Made by a program: the position numbers and the translations under genes. A DNA stretch of 64,000 nt from a virus (lineage: Duplodnaviria > Caudoviricetes). The notes below the pieces were generated by a model. That model made no database searches. It worked only from the letters and a program-made list of their open reading frames with translations, and was not told the DNA's origin. Positions 46,349 through 56,704 of the stretch are shown here, piece by piece. Numbering within the stretch: the stretch's first letter is position 1; the number at the start of each line of letters is the position of its first letter. The stretch spans positions 51,715 to 115,714 of the IMG/VR virus record IMGVR_UViG_3300014969_000016, one strand, 5' to 3'.

Positions 46349-46833
46349 CGGTTGTTCCTTCTCTCGGCAGGTGATGACGCAATGCGTCGTGATAGTTCTC
46401 GGCTGATGAGGTTGACGACACGCTCGCAGTTGGCGTAGACGTTCTGCGCTGCCTTGCGGTTGGCATACGCTGTTAACACATTGGCACGTGCCTGGGCCAC
46501 GTCATCATCGGCAGCCATCTCTGCACGTTTGATCGTGACCTCGCCCTTGACAGCACGCATCATCACAATGGCTTCGGCGTAGCGCTGGGCACCCTCGGCC
46601 CGTGACTCGTCCACCTCGGCCTCGGACTGGCGGGTGGCGGCGAAGTTCTGCCAGGCGACGTACTCGGAGAACAGGATCATCAGATCCTGCTCGTCCAGGA
46701 TGGTCAGGTCACGGGGGAGGTCGGGAACATCGAACTCAGGCGCTGCGCCCAAGGCCACGCCGACGCTTGGCGCTGGTGGTGCGCTTGATGTTGACCCGTT
46801 GCGTGGGATCACCCGCCTCTTCGATGGTGTCAT
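46336..46833 (-). CDS. helical protein, possible recombination mediator
   Basis: Coiled coil ending ISRELSRR; position near recA. Confidence 0.5.
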   Translation of the reverse strand: MTPSKRRVIPRNGSTSSAPPAPSVGVALGAAPEFDVPDLPRDLTILDEQDLMILFSEYVAWQNFAATRQSEAEVDESRAEGAQRYAEAIVMMRAVKGEVTIKRAEMAADDDVAQARANVLTAYANRKAAQNVYANCERVVNLISRELSRRIASSPAERRNNRWNP

Positions 46834-47716
46834 TGATCCCCCAGCATGTTCTCCGGTACTCGCACGACCCGCATATCTTACCCTCCGGTCCCTCGGCCCA
46901 GGAAGGGCGATCTGGTGGCAACCCGGCAGCCACGCCTGTTGTCACACTGCGTGCCGTCTCCAACAGCGGTTCGATGAAGCTCTTGTTGTAGTCAACGACG
47001 AACTCCTTCACCGCTTGGGTGGGCTTGAACTCGTAGACGAACACAATGCGCTCGTACAGGGGCCAGGCCAGCCACAGGTACAACTGGCCCTGGCGCATGT
47101 GCGAAGGGAACGGGCGGTTGATCTCAAACCAGATGTCCTCGGCCGACTCACCGTTGAGATAACGCTGGTGCAGGCGGGGAGCGTCGAAGCGCAGCGTTCC
47201 CAGGCCGATGGACTTGATCTCCACCAGGCAGTCCAGGGTGGTGGCGGCGTCGGCGTGGCCCTGAATCAGCATCGTCTTGCGTTGAAGGGGATACTCCTTG
47301 TAGGTCAGGCGCTCGCTCAGGCAGAACTGGCACTGCTTGGGGGAGATGTCACCCCAACGGTGGCCGCACTCCCGACACTGGAAGTCACCGACGAGGATGC
47401 CCATCTCCCACATCCACTGCTGGTACTTGCCGTGGATGGCGTGGCCCTCTGCGAACACGTTCTCCATGCGGAACGATGGGTTGGCCTTGCTGGTCTTCTC
47501 GGTGGGCGTGTCGATGATGCGGTAGTAGTCGTGGCGTCCGCACCAATCCTTCTTGGCCATGTCGGACGGATGCATGTGGTGGGTCGAGCGCTCTGGGTTC
47601 TCCTCGATGCTCCTCATCACGTGACGCTCTAACCGGGGTAACAGCAGCCCCTTACCCTTGTACGTGTCCTTCAGCCGACCGAGCGCTGAAGGCCTCAAGC
47701 TCCTAGCCACACTCAT
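46736..47716 (-). CDS. Cas4-like exonuclease
   Basis: HPSDM..WC.R, GHAD, VEIKS, HMRQGQLY, CGSCEYRRTC. Confidence 0.8.
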   Translation of the reverse strand: MSVARSLRPSALGRLKDTYKGKGLLLPRLERHVMRSIEENPERSTHHMHPSDMAKKDWCGRHDYYRIIDTPTEKTSKANPSFRMENVFAEGHAIHGKYQQWMWEMGILVGDFQCRECGHRWGDISPKQCQFCLSERLTYKEYPLQRKTMLIQGHADAATTLDCLVEIKSIGLGTLRFDAPRLHQRYLNGESAEDIWFEINRPFPSHMRQGQLYLWLAWPLYERIVFVYEFKPTQAVKEFVVDYNKSFIEPLLETARSVTTGVAAGLPPDRPSWAEGPEGKICGSCEYRRTCWGINDTIEEAGDPTQRVNIKRTTSAKRRRGLGRSA

Positions 47717-47981
47717 GCCCCTCGTCGTGGACGACCAGCCGACGCCGTCCGATCTGCAGGTGCATCATCGGTAACCGCCCCATGTGCAGAGCGTTGGCCC
47801 GCAGCTTCTCCCAGTCCTCGGCCTTGATGGAGATGGACTTGCCGTCCGTCTGCTTCATCTCCCGCAGGTACACGTCGTCTACCACGTCGTTCTGGTGTAC
47901 CCAGCCGGAACCGGAGCCAGGCTGGCGCTTGCCGCCCGTGCGCTTGGCGACGCGCTTCTCCTGATTTTTCCACTCACTCAC
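47703..47981 (-). CDS. small resolvase-like PD-(D/E)XK nuclease
   Basis: QEKRVAK..GGKRQPGSG...ND...EMKQT. Confidence 0.7.
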   Translation of the reverse strand: MSEWKNQEKRVAKRTGGKRQPGSGSGWVHQNDVVDDVYLREMKQTDGKSISIKAEDWEKLRANALHMGRLPMMHLQIGRRRLVVHDEGHECG

Positions 47982-49051
47982 GTGGGTGAGATACTACGAC
48001 GACGCCGCTTGGGGGCTTCGGGGGGAGCCTCCAGCGGCTCACCAAGCACACGGTGGCGCACCTCGGCGGTGACGGCGTGAAGTAGCAGGGGATCAGACCG
48101 CAGCGCCGCCGCGACAGCCTTCTCACCCTGCCACTTCTGACCACCGAAGCTATACCACGCCCCGTTCTGTTCGATGATGTCCCGTTCGATGGCGACGGCG
48201 TTGACCTGATGGACGGTGTCGTACTCCCCCTTGGCGTGCTCCTTGTGGTCATCGAAGTAGAAGGGCACCGTCGCCGTGCGCTGGGGCGGGGCGGTCTTGT
48301 TCTTGATCGTGCGGCCCTTGATCACCTGGCCGACCTTGTGCTTGCCGGTGTCCTGGATCCACTCTTCACGGGTCACCTCCACCCGTGTGAGGAAGCGGTA
48401 GTTCTTGCCCTTGCCCCCCGGTGTCGTGCGTGGGTCGCCGTACATCACACCGATGCGCTCGCGCCACTGGTTGATGAGGATGGCGAGGCAGGCACGGTCG
48501 GGATCGACCAGCGACCGACGCTGCACGGCCATGCTCTTGCGCATGAACTTGTTGGTCATGTAGGCGCCACGACCCACGGTCAGTTCCATCATCGACTTGT
48601 CGTCCTCTTCGGAGGGGACGAGGGCCGGGTAGCTGTCGATCACCACCGCATCGACGGCTCGCTCTTCCAGGATGGCGAGCACGGCGTCGTAGGCGTTCTC
48701 CATCACGTTGGTCATCACGAAGGTGAAGCCGTCCAGGTTGACGCCAAGGGTGGCAGCCCACTCGGGGTCGAACTCCTCGGCCGCTACCCACAGAGTGTGA
48801 TACTCCGGATTCAAAGCCTGGTTTGCGGCGATGGTCTTCAGGACGATGGCCGTCTTGCCTGCTGACTCCTGGCCGATGACCTCGTTCCAGCAGTTGAGCG
48901 GCCAGCCGCCGCCGAGCATCAGGTCGAGCGACAGGGATCCGGTGGTCGCCCGCTGGTAGGTGACGTGGCGAAGGTCAGCCCCACGGATCAGCACCTGCTC
49001 CTGCTGCTTCTTGTTGATCTCGCGGATCAGGGCATCGATCTCGGTCGGCAT
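47978..49051 (-). CDS. recA: RecA recombinase
   Basis: TGSLSLDLMLGGG, GQESAGKT, VVIDS, INQWRERIGVMYGDPRTTPGG, KNKTAPP. Confidence 0.95.
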   Translation of the reverse strand: MPTEIDALIREINKKQQEQVLIRGADLRHVTYQRATTGSLSLDLMLGGGWPLNCWNEVIGQESAGKTAIVLKTIAANQALNPEYHTLWVAAEEFDPEWAATLGVNLDGFTFVMTNVMENAYDAVLAILEERAVDAVVIDSYPALVPSEEDDKSMMELTVGRGAYMTNKFMRKSMAVQRRSLVDPDRACLAILINQWRERIGVMYGDPRTTPGGKGKNYRFLTRVEVTREEWIQDTGKHKVGQVIKGRTIKNKTAPPQRTATVPFYFDDHKEHAKGEYDTVHQVNAVAIERDIIEQNGAWYSFGGQKWQGEKAVAAALRSDPLLLHAVTAEVRHRVLGEPLEAPPEAPKRRRRSISPT

Positions 49052-49075
49052 GCCCAAGATTCTAGACCTTGGGTG

Positions 49076-49495
49076 TCACCCGGCTCCCCACGATGAGGCC
49101 AGCCCCTGCGTAAACATGCCGTCGTTGTAGCCACAGTTGTAGCAGTGGCCCGCTGGCTGGGGGCCACGCTTGTTCACCTGGAGGTTGGCGAAGTACTGGT
49201 TGCCGCCGCACTGGGGGCAGGGATCGGGGTTGGCCTTGGCTGCTGGCCCACCCTTCCAGTGCCCCGCCGCCTCGTACAGGTTCTCGGTGGTCACCCGCTC
49301 CACCTGCGGGGCGATCTGCTGCTGAGGCTGCGGCTCGTACCGCTCGTAGTACGTAGCCCTGGCGGGGTTGTCGTTGTACTGCGGCTGCGGAGCGAACTGA
49401 CGCCCCTGCACGGGCGCTGGCGGCGGTGGGTTAGACCGGGGCTGCTGTCTTAACGCCTGCAGTTTCCTCTGGTACCACGCCTGGGAGTCGCTCAT
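49076..49495 (-). CDS. Zn-ribbon protein
   Basis: CPQCGGNQYF...CYNCGY. Confidence 0.65.
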   Translation of the reverse strand: MSDSQAWYQRKLQALRQQPRSNPPPPAPVQGRQFAPQPQYNDNPARATYYERYEPQPQQQIAPQVERVTTENLYEAAGHWKGGPAAKANPDPCPQCGGNQYFANLQVNKRGPQPAGHCYNCGYNDGMFTQGLASSWGAG

Positions 49496-49721
49496 CTAGA
49501 TGCACCGTCATCAATACGTCGGACAGGAATGAGATGAGAGTACCAGCCACTGCCTTGCGCAAGCTGGTTTGGGTGGCCAGGACTTGACCAGACAGTGAGT
49601 GGTTGAGACTGGACACGAACGCTTCCGCGTACGTGTCAGCCAGAGCTACGACTTGCTCTTCTAGGGCTGGACACATCGATGACACTCCCACATCCAGGAA
49701 GGTAACACAGCAGGTGGAAGC

Positions 49722-51770
49722 TCACTGTTTGGCTTCCGCCCAACTGGGGCCACAGGCGGCGGATACAACAAGCGGGATCTCTCCAAGGATCGGTCTTCCG
49801 TGTTCGTCTGTGATTCCTGACATTACCCTCTGTACACAGGCCATTACACCATCGACGGCTGTTTCATCGACCCTTACAACGATCTCGTCGTGGACCTGAG
49901 CGAGGATCTGTGCTGGGAACTCGGTCAGTTCAAGATGAAGTTGCCTCATGGCCATCTTGGTGATGTTGGCAGCGAACCCTTGTACGTATGCGTTCACCGC
50001 CTGGCGCTCCGCTCGCAGCATCGCCCACTTGGTGTCAACCAGCAGGGGCATGAGGTCGGGCAGCCTGCGACGGCGGTGGGAGATGGGGATGTCCACGTAG
50101 GGCGGGAACCGCAGAGGATCTGACATGTCACAGCGGGAGCGTGCCTCACGCAGGAGCGATGCCTTCCACGGCTCCAGCGCCGAGAACTCTTCGTAGTAGC
50201 GGTCGAGGAACTGCTGGCCCCTCTTCTTGGTCACCTTGGCCGTCGCCGCGATGCGCTCAGCACCTGCCCCGTAGCCGGTGGCGAAGTTGAGGGTCTTGCC
50301 CAGTTGTCGGAGGTCGGAGGTGACATCAGTCGGGTCAATGCGCATCGCCGTCGCGGTCGCTTCACGGTGGATGTCCCGGCCCTCCCGGAAGATCTGGATC
50401 ATCGCCGGTTCCTCGGCGGCGTAGGCCAGGCAGCGCAGTTCGATCTGGTCGTAGTCAGCGACGATCAGCAGGTGGCCAGAGCCAGCCACGAACAGCGAGC
50501 GGATCGACGTGCGCCCCTTCGACTCGCGTGGCAACTGCTGGAGGTTGGGTTCGGCCGACGACAGCCGACCGGTGACCGTGCCATGGAGCTTGAAGCCGGT
50601 GTGCAGTGTCGGCAGGCCATCACCGTCACGGTAGAGGAAGTTGTCCAACCCTTCGATGAAGGTGCCCCGCAGCTTCTCACTGATCGACCATTCAAGGAAC
50701 AACTGCGCCATGCGGTTGCCCCGGTCGGCGTAACTCTCCAGCACCGTCTGCGTCACCTGGGGAAGCCCGCCCTCCTTGGTCCGAGTGATCACCTTGAGGT
50801 TCTCCGACTTGAGCGGGCGCTTGGTCGAGCCGTGCTCGCGCTTGCCCTCCCCGAACATGATCCATCGCTTGGCATCGGTGTTGGAGAGGGGGAACTTGTC
50901 CCCGGCTCTGGACCACGCCTCTTCCTGGATCTTCTGCTGTTGAGCGATCAGCGCCTGACGGACCACGTCCATGTTTGATGTGTCAACAGGGAACCCGGCG
51001 TACTCCATCGACATGATCACCGGGTACATCGACATCTCAAACTCGTAGGTGTCGAGCACGCCTCGCTTGGCCAACAGGGGCCAGAAGGCTTGCTTCATCA
51101 TCCAGCAGTATCGGAGATCCTTAGCCAGGTATCGGGCGATCACGTCCAGCCCGAAGTTTTCGATCCCCTTCTCACCAAGCTCCGGGTAGAACTTGGCCCG
51201 CCTCTTCCACGGGATGCTGAACCACTCGCAGGTCAGGTGCTTCAACCCGTACTGGCCGAGGTCTTCGTCCAGCACGTGCCGGATGATGATCGTGTCGTGG
51301 TACGGGCCTGGTGGAACGGCGTGGTCATACCATTTCGCTAGGCTGAGAAGGTCGAACTTGAGGTTGTGCCCGATCTTGGCCCGGTCGCTGAACAGCAGGG
51401 GTTCGATGACCTCGCACACTTCGTGGGGATACAACTGTTTCGGCGGGGCGTCGTACTCAGCAGGAAGCGTGTGCGGCACCATCCGCTGCGACGGCTTGCC
51501 CAACTTGGTCTGCCCACGGGGGTCGTTGGGATAGAGCAGGTAGGCCGGTGTCTTGGTGGGCCGCTGGGGTGCGATCATCACACCCTTGGGGTGGCCGACC
51601 GGTATCAGGAAGTTGCGACCAGCAGCACCAAGGCCAACCCACCGTAGTGTGTTGGCCCTGGCGGTCTGCTTCGTTGTCTCAACATCGATGACGAACTCAC
51701 GCTCGCCACGCAGGTCTTTGACCGCCCGCCGAACCTCACCTAGGTCAAGCAGTACATGCGGACGGACCAT
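49722..51770 (-). CDS. polA: family A DNA polymerase with 3'-5' exonuclease
   Basis: IDVET, GHNLKFD, TGRLSS..PNLQ, DYDQIELR, KTLNFATGYG, QVHDEI. Confidence 0.95.
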   Translation of the reverse strand: MVRPHVLLDLGEVRRAVKDLRGEREFVIDVETTKQTARANTLRWVGLGAAGRNFLIPVGHPKGVMIAPQRPTKTPAYLLYPNDPRGQTKLGKPSQRMVPHTLPAEYDAPPKQLYPHEVCEVIEPLLFSDRAKIGHNLKFDLLSLAKWYDHAVPPGPYHDTIIIRHVLDEDLGQYGLKHLTCEWFSIPWKRRAKFYPELGEKGIENFGLDVIARYLAKDLRYCWMMKQAFWPLLAKRGVLDTYEFEMSMYPVIMSMEYAGFPVDTSNMDVVRQALIAQQQKIQEEAWSRAGDKFPLSNTDAKRWIMFGEGKREHGSTKRPLKSENLKVITRTKEGGLPQVTQTVLESYADRGNRMAQLFLEWSISEKLRGTFIEGLDNFLYRDGDGLPTLHTGFKLHGTVTGRLSSAEPNLQQLPRESKGRTSIRSLFVAGSGHLLIVADYDQIELRCLAYAAEEPAMIQIFREGRDIHREATATAMRIDPTDVTSDLRQLGKTLNFATGYGAGAERIAATAKVTKKRGQQFLDRYYEEFSALEPWKASLLREARSRCDMSDPLRFPPYVDIPISHRRRRLPDLMPLLVDTKWAMLRAERQAVNAYVQGFAANITKMAMRQLHLELTEFPAQILAQVHDEIVVRVDETAVDGVMACVQRVMSGITDEHGRPILGEIPLVVSAACGPSWAEAKQ

Positions 51771-51773
51771 TGC

Positions 51774-52595
51774 CTATTCGTACTCGTCGGCCATCTCTTC
51801 GGCCAACTCACGGAGATCCTTGGTCTTGGCGATCTCCACGATGGCCGGGGTGTACTTGTCCTTGGCCAACTTGTCGAGCGCCTCCTTGGAGGGAGGCGCG
51901 ATGTCGTAGTCCTCTTCCAGGGCGGTGCGGCTGACCGGTGAGACGTTGTGCTGGACGGTGCCACGCTTGCCGGTCTTCGATGCCAGGAAGAAGCCCTTGG
52001 TCAGCGGCCCGATCTTGGGGTCGTTGGCGTAGCCCTTCAACACGGCGAACAGACGTGGCCCCACGTCCCACGACTTGAGGATCAGGTTGTCGTCGTCACC
52101 CACGATGGCGATGTTGAACGCCGCCACCGCCTGGGCACGATCCCCGGCGTCGCACAGCGGGCACTCCTTGCCCACTGTCTTGGGGCAGCCGTACGCACGG
52201 AGGCTCTTGCCTTCCTTGGTGGTGCGCTCCACCCAGTGACGGCGGAAGTTGGCGTACGGGGTGTCGTCCAGGAACTTGATGACCTGGGCCTTCTCTTCCA
52301 GCTTCAACGACTGGGCGTAGCTGGAGGTCGAGGCCATCTGCTTGTCGCCCTCGGACCAGCCGCCCTTGATCATCTCCGACTCGTCGCCGGTCACCCCCTT
52401 GGCGCTGGACTTCGGAGCAGGAGCTTCGTCTTCGTCTTCGTCGTCGTCATCTTCGACGGGCTGGGCCTCACGGAGACGCTGGCGTGCCTTCTGAACACGG
52501 GGATCGTCTTCGACGTTGGGCGCAGCAACCTCGTCGTCATCGTCTTCGACCGGGGTCGGCGGCAGACGGCGGGCAGGCTTCTTCGATGGTGGCAT
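51774..52595 (-). CDS. gp32-like ssDNA-binding protein
   Basis: VIKFLDD...RHWV...CP...CPLC; acidic termini; start MPPSKK. Confidence 0.7.
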   Translation of the reverse strand: MPPSKKPARRLPPTPVEDDDDEVAAPNVEDDPRVQKARQRLREAQPVEDDDDEDEDEAPAPKSSAKGVTGDESEMIKGGWSEGDKQMASTSSYAQSLKLEEKAQVIKFLDDTPYANFRRHWVERTTKEGKSLRAYGCPKTVGKECPLCDAGDRAQAVAAFNIAIVGDDDNLILKSWDVGPRLFAVLKGYANDPKIGPLTKGFFLASKTGKRGTVQHNVSPVSRTALEEDYDIAPPSKEALDKLAKDKYTPAIVEIAKTKDLRELAEEMADEYE

Positions 52596-52632
52596 GTCTT
52601 CCTCGCAGTGTTCAGGCGCAGTGTGCAGTGTG

Positions 52633-53091
52633 TTATTGGGTGAGGCTGTTGAAGAACTCTCCAACCTCGGCGGCGAAGGCTGGCGTCGGGGGATGCTTCA
52701 CTCCCTTGCGGTTGGGAAAGATCACCCGGTGCTTCTTCGCTAGGCGGATGATACCCAGCACCTGCTCCCTTGTCCAGAGCCTCTTGCCCTTGTTGGACCG
52801 GCCCGCTGCGACCGGGGCCGCAGTACGGGGTGACCGGTAGGGGGTGCGGGCCAACAGACCCTGGGCCTCCCAGGCACGGATCGACTGCACGCTGTAGCCC
52901 AGCGCCTTGGCCAGGTGGGAGATCAGGAAGAACTCCTGCTTCTCGGTCTGTCCGGGGAGCCGGTAGTACACCGGCTTGGCGTCCCATTCTTCATCGACTA
53001 CGGCAGTGACCACCTTCTTGTCACGGTTGACCGGCTTCTTGCGGCCGGGGTAGTCGAGGTCTTCGAATTGCTCCAGCACGTTGCTACTCAT
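52633..53091 (-). CDS. MerR-like HTH protein
   Basis: ISHLAKALGYSVQSIRAWEAQGLL...RLWTREQV. Confidence 0.75.
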   Translation of the reverse strand: MSSNVLEQFEDLDYPGRKKPVNRDKKVVTAVVDEEWDAKPVYYRLPGQTEKQEFFLISHLAKALGYSVQSIRAWEAQGLLARTPYRSPRTAAPVAAGRSNKGKRLWTREQVLGIIRLAKKHRVIFPNRKGVKHPPTPAFAAEVGEFFNSLTQ

Positions 53092-53606
53092 TGTGATACC
53101 TCGGTCAGGAATTCGTAGGTCTGGTTGTTCCAGCGCAGCAGGGCAGCCAGCTTGTCGTGGGGGATGCCCCTGGGCCACAACGACTCGGCCGCTGCGCGAG
53201 TGATCTGATCAGCCGTCAACGGCGGCAGCTTCTTCGGTTGTTCGATGACGACGGAATCGTCTGTCTCCCTCTTGGCCTGCGGCACGTTCTTCGATCCCAC
53301 TGGGCGCCCACGCTTGCGACGGATCCCGGTGACACCACCATAGATGCCATGAACGTTGCGCATGTGCCGACCCACGCTGCCTGGCGTAACCCACGCCCTG
53401 CAGCTAGGCACTTCGCACTTGACCTTGCCCCTGGTGTCGATGGCACCGTGAGCAGCCAAGCGGTGGCGGGCCAACCCAGCCCGTGAAGTACAAGGCTGGC
53501 CGCACTCGGGACAGGTGGTGTCGTCATCAGGTGGTTGTGATACCGGTGCTTCAACACTGAGAGATTCAGGCATCGGAATGATGTCGAAGGAGTTGATGTC
53601 GCTCAT
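53088..53606 (-). CDS. two C2H2 zinc fingers plus AT-hook
   Basis: CPEC...LARHRLAAH; CEVPSC...HMRNVH; KRGRPVGSKN. Confidence 0.7.
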   Translation of the reverse strand: MSDINSFDIIPMPESLSVEAPVSQPPDDDTTCPECGQPCTSRAGLARHRLAAHGAIDTRGKVKCEVPSCRAWVTPGSVGRHMRNVHGIYGGVTGIRRKRGRPVGSKNVPQAKRETDDSVVIEQPKKLPPLTADQITRAAAESLWPRGIPHDKLAALLRWNNQTYEFLTEVSQ

Positions 53607-53950
53607 GACGCATCCTCCACGTCGTCTTCGACCAGGTCGCCACGGCGCAGCGCCTCTTCTTGGCGGATGGCCAGCAGAACCATGCGGAAGTCATCACGGC
53701 TCAGGCGAGGCTCGCCCTTGGTCAGGTCGTAGCCCTGCGGCTTGTGGTAGTGCCGTGCCAGCAACTGTCCGTAGCTGCTGAGAGTGTCACGCCTCTCGGT
53801 ACCGCAGCGCTCACAGCGCAAGGTGAGAGGGACGCCGAACTGTGGTGTCCACAACGAGTCGTAGTCGAACCATGAATGGCCGATGGTGCGGCAGCGAACG
53901 TACCCCCGGCGCTCATGGTGCCAGGTTGAGGTTAGGGCGGCGTTTGACAA
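53603..53950 (-). CDS. Zn-binding hypothetical protein
   Basis: CRTIGHSW...LRCERCGTER...PQGY. Confidence 0.65.
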   Translation of the reverse strand: MSNAALTSTWHHERRGYVRCRTIGHSWFDYDSLWTPQFGVPLTLRCERCGTERRDTLSSYGQLLARHYHKPQGYDLTKGEPRLSRDDFRMVLLAIRQEEALRRGDLVEDDVEDAS

Positions 53951-54006
53951 TGTGTTACTCCTACAGGTGTCACGATGAGGCGACTGTAGCAGTTACTAGC
54001 AGCAAG

Positions 54007-54216
54007 TCAAACCAGCTTCTTCTTCTCCCACTTAGCGAGGGCGTCCACCAGGGCACGTTCGATCAGGAAGTTGGCCGAGACACCACGGCGGGAGGCCTCG
54101 GCATACAGCCGTTTGCGCAAGGTGTGGGGGAGACGGAACTGGATCTGAGCTTGGTCGTGTGCCGCCTCACCGTTGCGGGGGCGGTACCGACCACGGGGTG
54201 GTGACGCCGCAGGCAT
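54007..54216 (-). CDS. ribbon-helix-helix (Arc-like) protein
   Basis: IQFRLPHTLRKRLYAEASRRGVSANFLIERAL. Confidence 0.75.
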   Translation of the reverse strand: MPAASPPRGRYRPRNGEAAHDQAQIQFRLPHTLRKRLYAEASRRGVSANFLIERALVDALAKWEKKKLV

Positions 54217-54689
54217 CAGGCGTCCTCCGTGATGAGGTAGAAGGCGAACGTCTCGTTCTCGTCGTAGAGGTCGGTCAGTTCGTCGTCTTCGATCTGCCCG
54301 CCGTAGTTGGCGGCGAGCACGGCGTCTTCATTGAGCACCACCACGACCTCGGTGCAGGAGTCGAGCAGCCCCTTCTCCTTGAGCAGGGCCATGGTGCGCT
54401 CTTCGTTCAGCGACTGGCTGACCCGGCGCTGGCGCTTGATCCCGGTGACCAGCTTGGGCACCGGGTTGCCCTCCTTGACGGCGAAGTACTCCTCGGGCTT
54501 GTCCAGTTCGATGACCCGGTGACCCTCGCCCTCTAGCTCACCCTGGGTTTCCAGGGTGGACATCAACTGCTTCTTGAGCTTGCCTTCGTGGTACTCGGAG
54601 CGCTCGCGCAGCGAGCGGTTGCTCAGGTAGTCACGCAGGGTGTAGAGGAAGTCACCAGGGCTGGAGCGTGGGATGATGCGGCGGGGCAT
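54216..54689 (-). CDS. conserved phage hypothetical protein, leaderless
   Basis: TACCAT 7 nt before ATG; RQRRVSQSLNEE. Confidence 0.65.
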   Translation of the reverse strand: MPRRIIPRSSPGDFLYTLRDYLSNRSLRERSEYHEGKLKKQLMSTLETQGELEGEGHRVIELDKPEEYFAVKEGNPVPKLVTGIKRQRRVSQSLNEERTMALLKEKGLLDSCTEVVVVLNEDAVLAANYGGQIEDDELTDLYDENETFAFYLITEDA

Positions 54690-54821
54690 CCCCCAATGGT
54701 AGCAGTCCTCCCCACTGTGGTATGGTGACACCGCCGCTGGCCGGGAGATCCATCATGAGGGGACCGCCCTAGTGCCGACACCCCGAACTAGCGACGGGGC
54801 ACGCTTCATGAGGCGTGAATG

Positions 54822-54849
54822 GTAGAGGCCACCCGCGGGTGGCCTCTAC
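54822..54849. terminator. perfect 28-bp palindrome at helicase end
   Basis: GTAGAGGCCACCCGCGGGTGGCCTCTAC. Confidence 0.6.
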
Positions 54850-56405
54850 TGCGTCTCGTCCAGGAATTCCCGCAGGCTCTGCAGGTCGAGCTTGAGGGTG
54901 CCTCCCTTTTCGAACTCCCCGTCGATGAAGGCACGGCTGACCTTGCGCTTCTGCTGGAGCATGTTGTACATGCGCTCTTCGATGGTGCCCAGTCCGAACA
55001 TGTAGCCGATGTTGATCTGCTTGAAGGCCGAGTCGGTGCGGTCGATGCGTGAGATTCGTTGAGCGAGGGCACCCGAACTCCAAGGCAAGTCGTAACACAA
55101 CAGGTGAGAACCCTGGTTGAGGTTGATGCCGTACGCCCCGGCATCGGACGAGAGGAACACCTTGCAGTTGGGGTCGTTGTTGAACCGTTGGATGCGGCGG
55201 TCACGCTCAGGCCCGGAGACATCCCCGGTGATGGTGGTGTAGGGGATCTTGCTCTTGGCCAGGGCCGCACCGATCATCGCCAGCATCGGCTTGAAGTAGG
55301 AGAAGACCACGACCTTGTGCCGTGGGTCGGCGGCGAGGATGTTCTGGACTCGCTCCAGCAGGTTGCTGAACTTCTCCTGCTCGTCGGGGATGCCGGTCAG
55401 AACACCGGAGGTCTTCAACTCGCTGGCATACCTGCTGCCCCGCCGTGATACTTCGGTATCGAACTCATCTGCGGAAATTTTTAGAAGACGCGGGTGGCTG
55501 CTCAGCATCCGCATGGCGAGCAGCCGGGACATCACCTCCCCCATCAGTGAGATGTCCCGGCCGCTCTGCACCCGCCCGTAGTGGGCGAGGACATCGAAGG
55601 AACCACGGATCCCCTCTGCGATGGCCTTGTCGATGGCGTCGGACAGGTCTTGCTTGACCATGTCGTGGAGAGCCATCGTCCGCTTGTCCAGGACGACCGG
55701 CATCTCCTGTTCGATCATCTCGGGCAGCCACTCAGCGATGTCCTCCCGGCTCTTGCGGTACATCGCTGGACCCAAACGTTGTGTTACCAAGTGAAGGTTG
55801 CGGTAGCGAGTAGGCCTCCCGTAGCCATCCCTGACGATGAACGTGCGGTCGAACTTGTGGAACGAGCCGAGCACGTCAGCGTCAACCCACTCCATGATGG
55901 AGAACAGTTCCTCAGGCCGGTTCTCCACCGGTTGGCCAGACAGGGCGATGCGCACGGGGGTGCGCTTGCCGAGAGCCTTGGCTGCCCTGGTGCGTTTGGC
56001 GGCGAAGCCCTTGATGTACGAGGCCTCATCAAGTATGCAGAACGAGGTCGGCAGGTACTCCTTGATGTAGTCCCAGTCGTTCACCAAGCATTCGTAGTGC
56101 ATGATGGTGTAGTTGTATCTGTGGGCGGCACGGATGGCCCTTACCCGCTGGGCCTTCGTGCCGTCCACCACCTGGACCGTGGCCCTGGGATCGGCCTTGT
56201 GGATCTCACGCATCCAGTGCCACTTGGTGGACTTGAGGGCGAAGACCACGCCGCAGTCAACAACACGCTGACGACGGAGACGCCGGATGGCAGCGACCGC
56301 AGCGACGGTCTTGCCCGCCCCCATCGTCAGCGCAAGTAGTAAGTTACCACGGTCAACGATGCGGTCGATGGCCTCGACTTGGTAGGGCCGTAGCTCAAGC
56401 GTCAT
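54846..56405 (-). CDS. SNF2 family helicase
   Basis: LRPYQ, MGAGKT, ILDEAS, LSGQPVEN, GINL, QRISRIDR. Confidence 0.9.
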   Translation of the reverse strand: MTLELRPYQVEAIDRIVDRGNLLLALTMGAGKTVAAVAAIRRLRRQRVVDCGVVFALKSTKWHWMREIHKADPRATVQVVDGTKAQRVRAIRAAHRYNYTIMHYECLVNDWDYIKEYLPTSFCILDEASYIKGFAAKRTRAAKALGKRTPVRIALSGQPVENRPEELFSIMEWVDADVLGSFHKFDRTFIVRDGYGRPTRYRNLHLVTQRLGPAMYRKSREDIAEWLPEMIEQEMPVVLDKRTMALHDMVKQDLSDAIDKAIAEGIRGSFDVLAHYGRVQSGRDISLMGEVMSRLLAMRMLSSHPRLLKISADEFDTEVSRRGSRYASELKTSGVLTGIPDEQEKFSNLLERVQNILAADPRHKVVVFSYFKPMLAMIGAALAKSKIPYTTITGDVSGPERDRRIQRFNNDPNCKVFLSSDAGAYGINLNQGSHLLCYDLPWSSGALAQRISRIDRTDSAFKQINIGYMFGLGTIEERMYNMLQQKRKVSRAFIDGEFEKGGTLKLDLQSLREFLDETQ

Positions 56406-56694
56406 CGCTGTACTCGACAGCCAACTTTTCCAAAGCCTTTCCGATTCCCTTCTTGGGAAGATGGAGCACCGACGCAACCTCGCGAGGTTTGAGTCCCCCG
56501 TCATGAAGCCACATCATGGCGTCCTGCAATGCTTGGGGGTCGAAGTCAGCGTGGTTGAGGTCGATGACCGGAGGCAGGGGGAACCTACCGTAGATGTTCT
56601 TCTCCCATGACTTCTCCCAGGGGTCGTAGCGTCCCCACGTCCGTGTCTCGTAGTAATCGAGAACGCTATCGACCCAATCCTCCAGTGTTGTCAT
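56395..56694 (-). CDS. small HTH protein
   Basis: GLKPREVASVLHL. Confidence 0.5.
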   Translation of the reverse strand: MTTLEDWVDSVLDYYETRTWGRYDPWEKSWEKNIYGRFPLPPVIDLNHADFDPQALQDAMMWLHDGGLKPREVASVLHLPKKGIGKALEKLAVEYSDDA

Positions 56695-56704
56695 ATTAGA
56701 GTCG

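Noticed and set aside
51440-51590. Insertion in the PolA exonuclease domain as an intein
   Set aside because: Only about 45 aa, with no Cys/Ser start or His-Asn end
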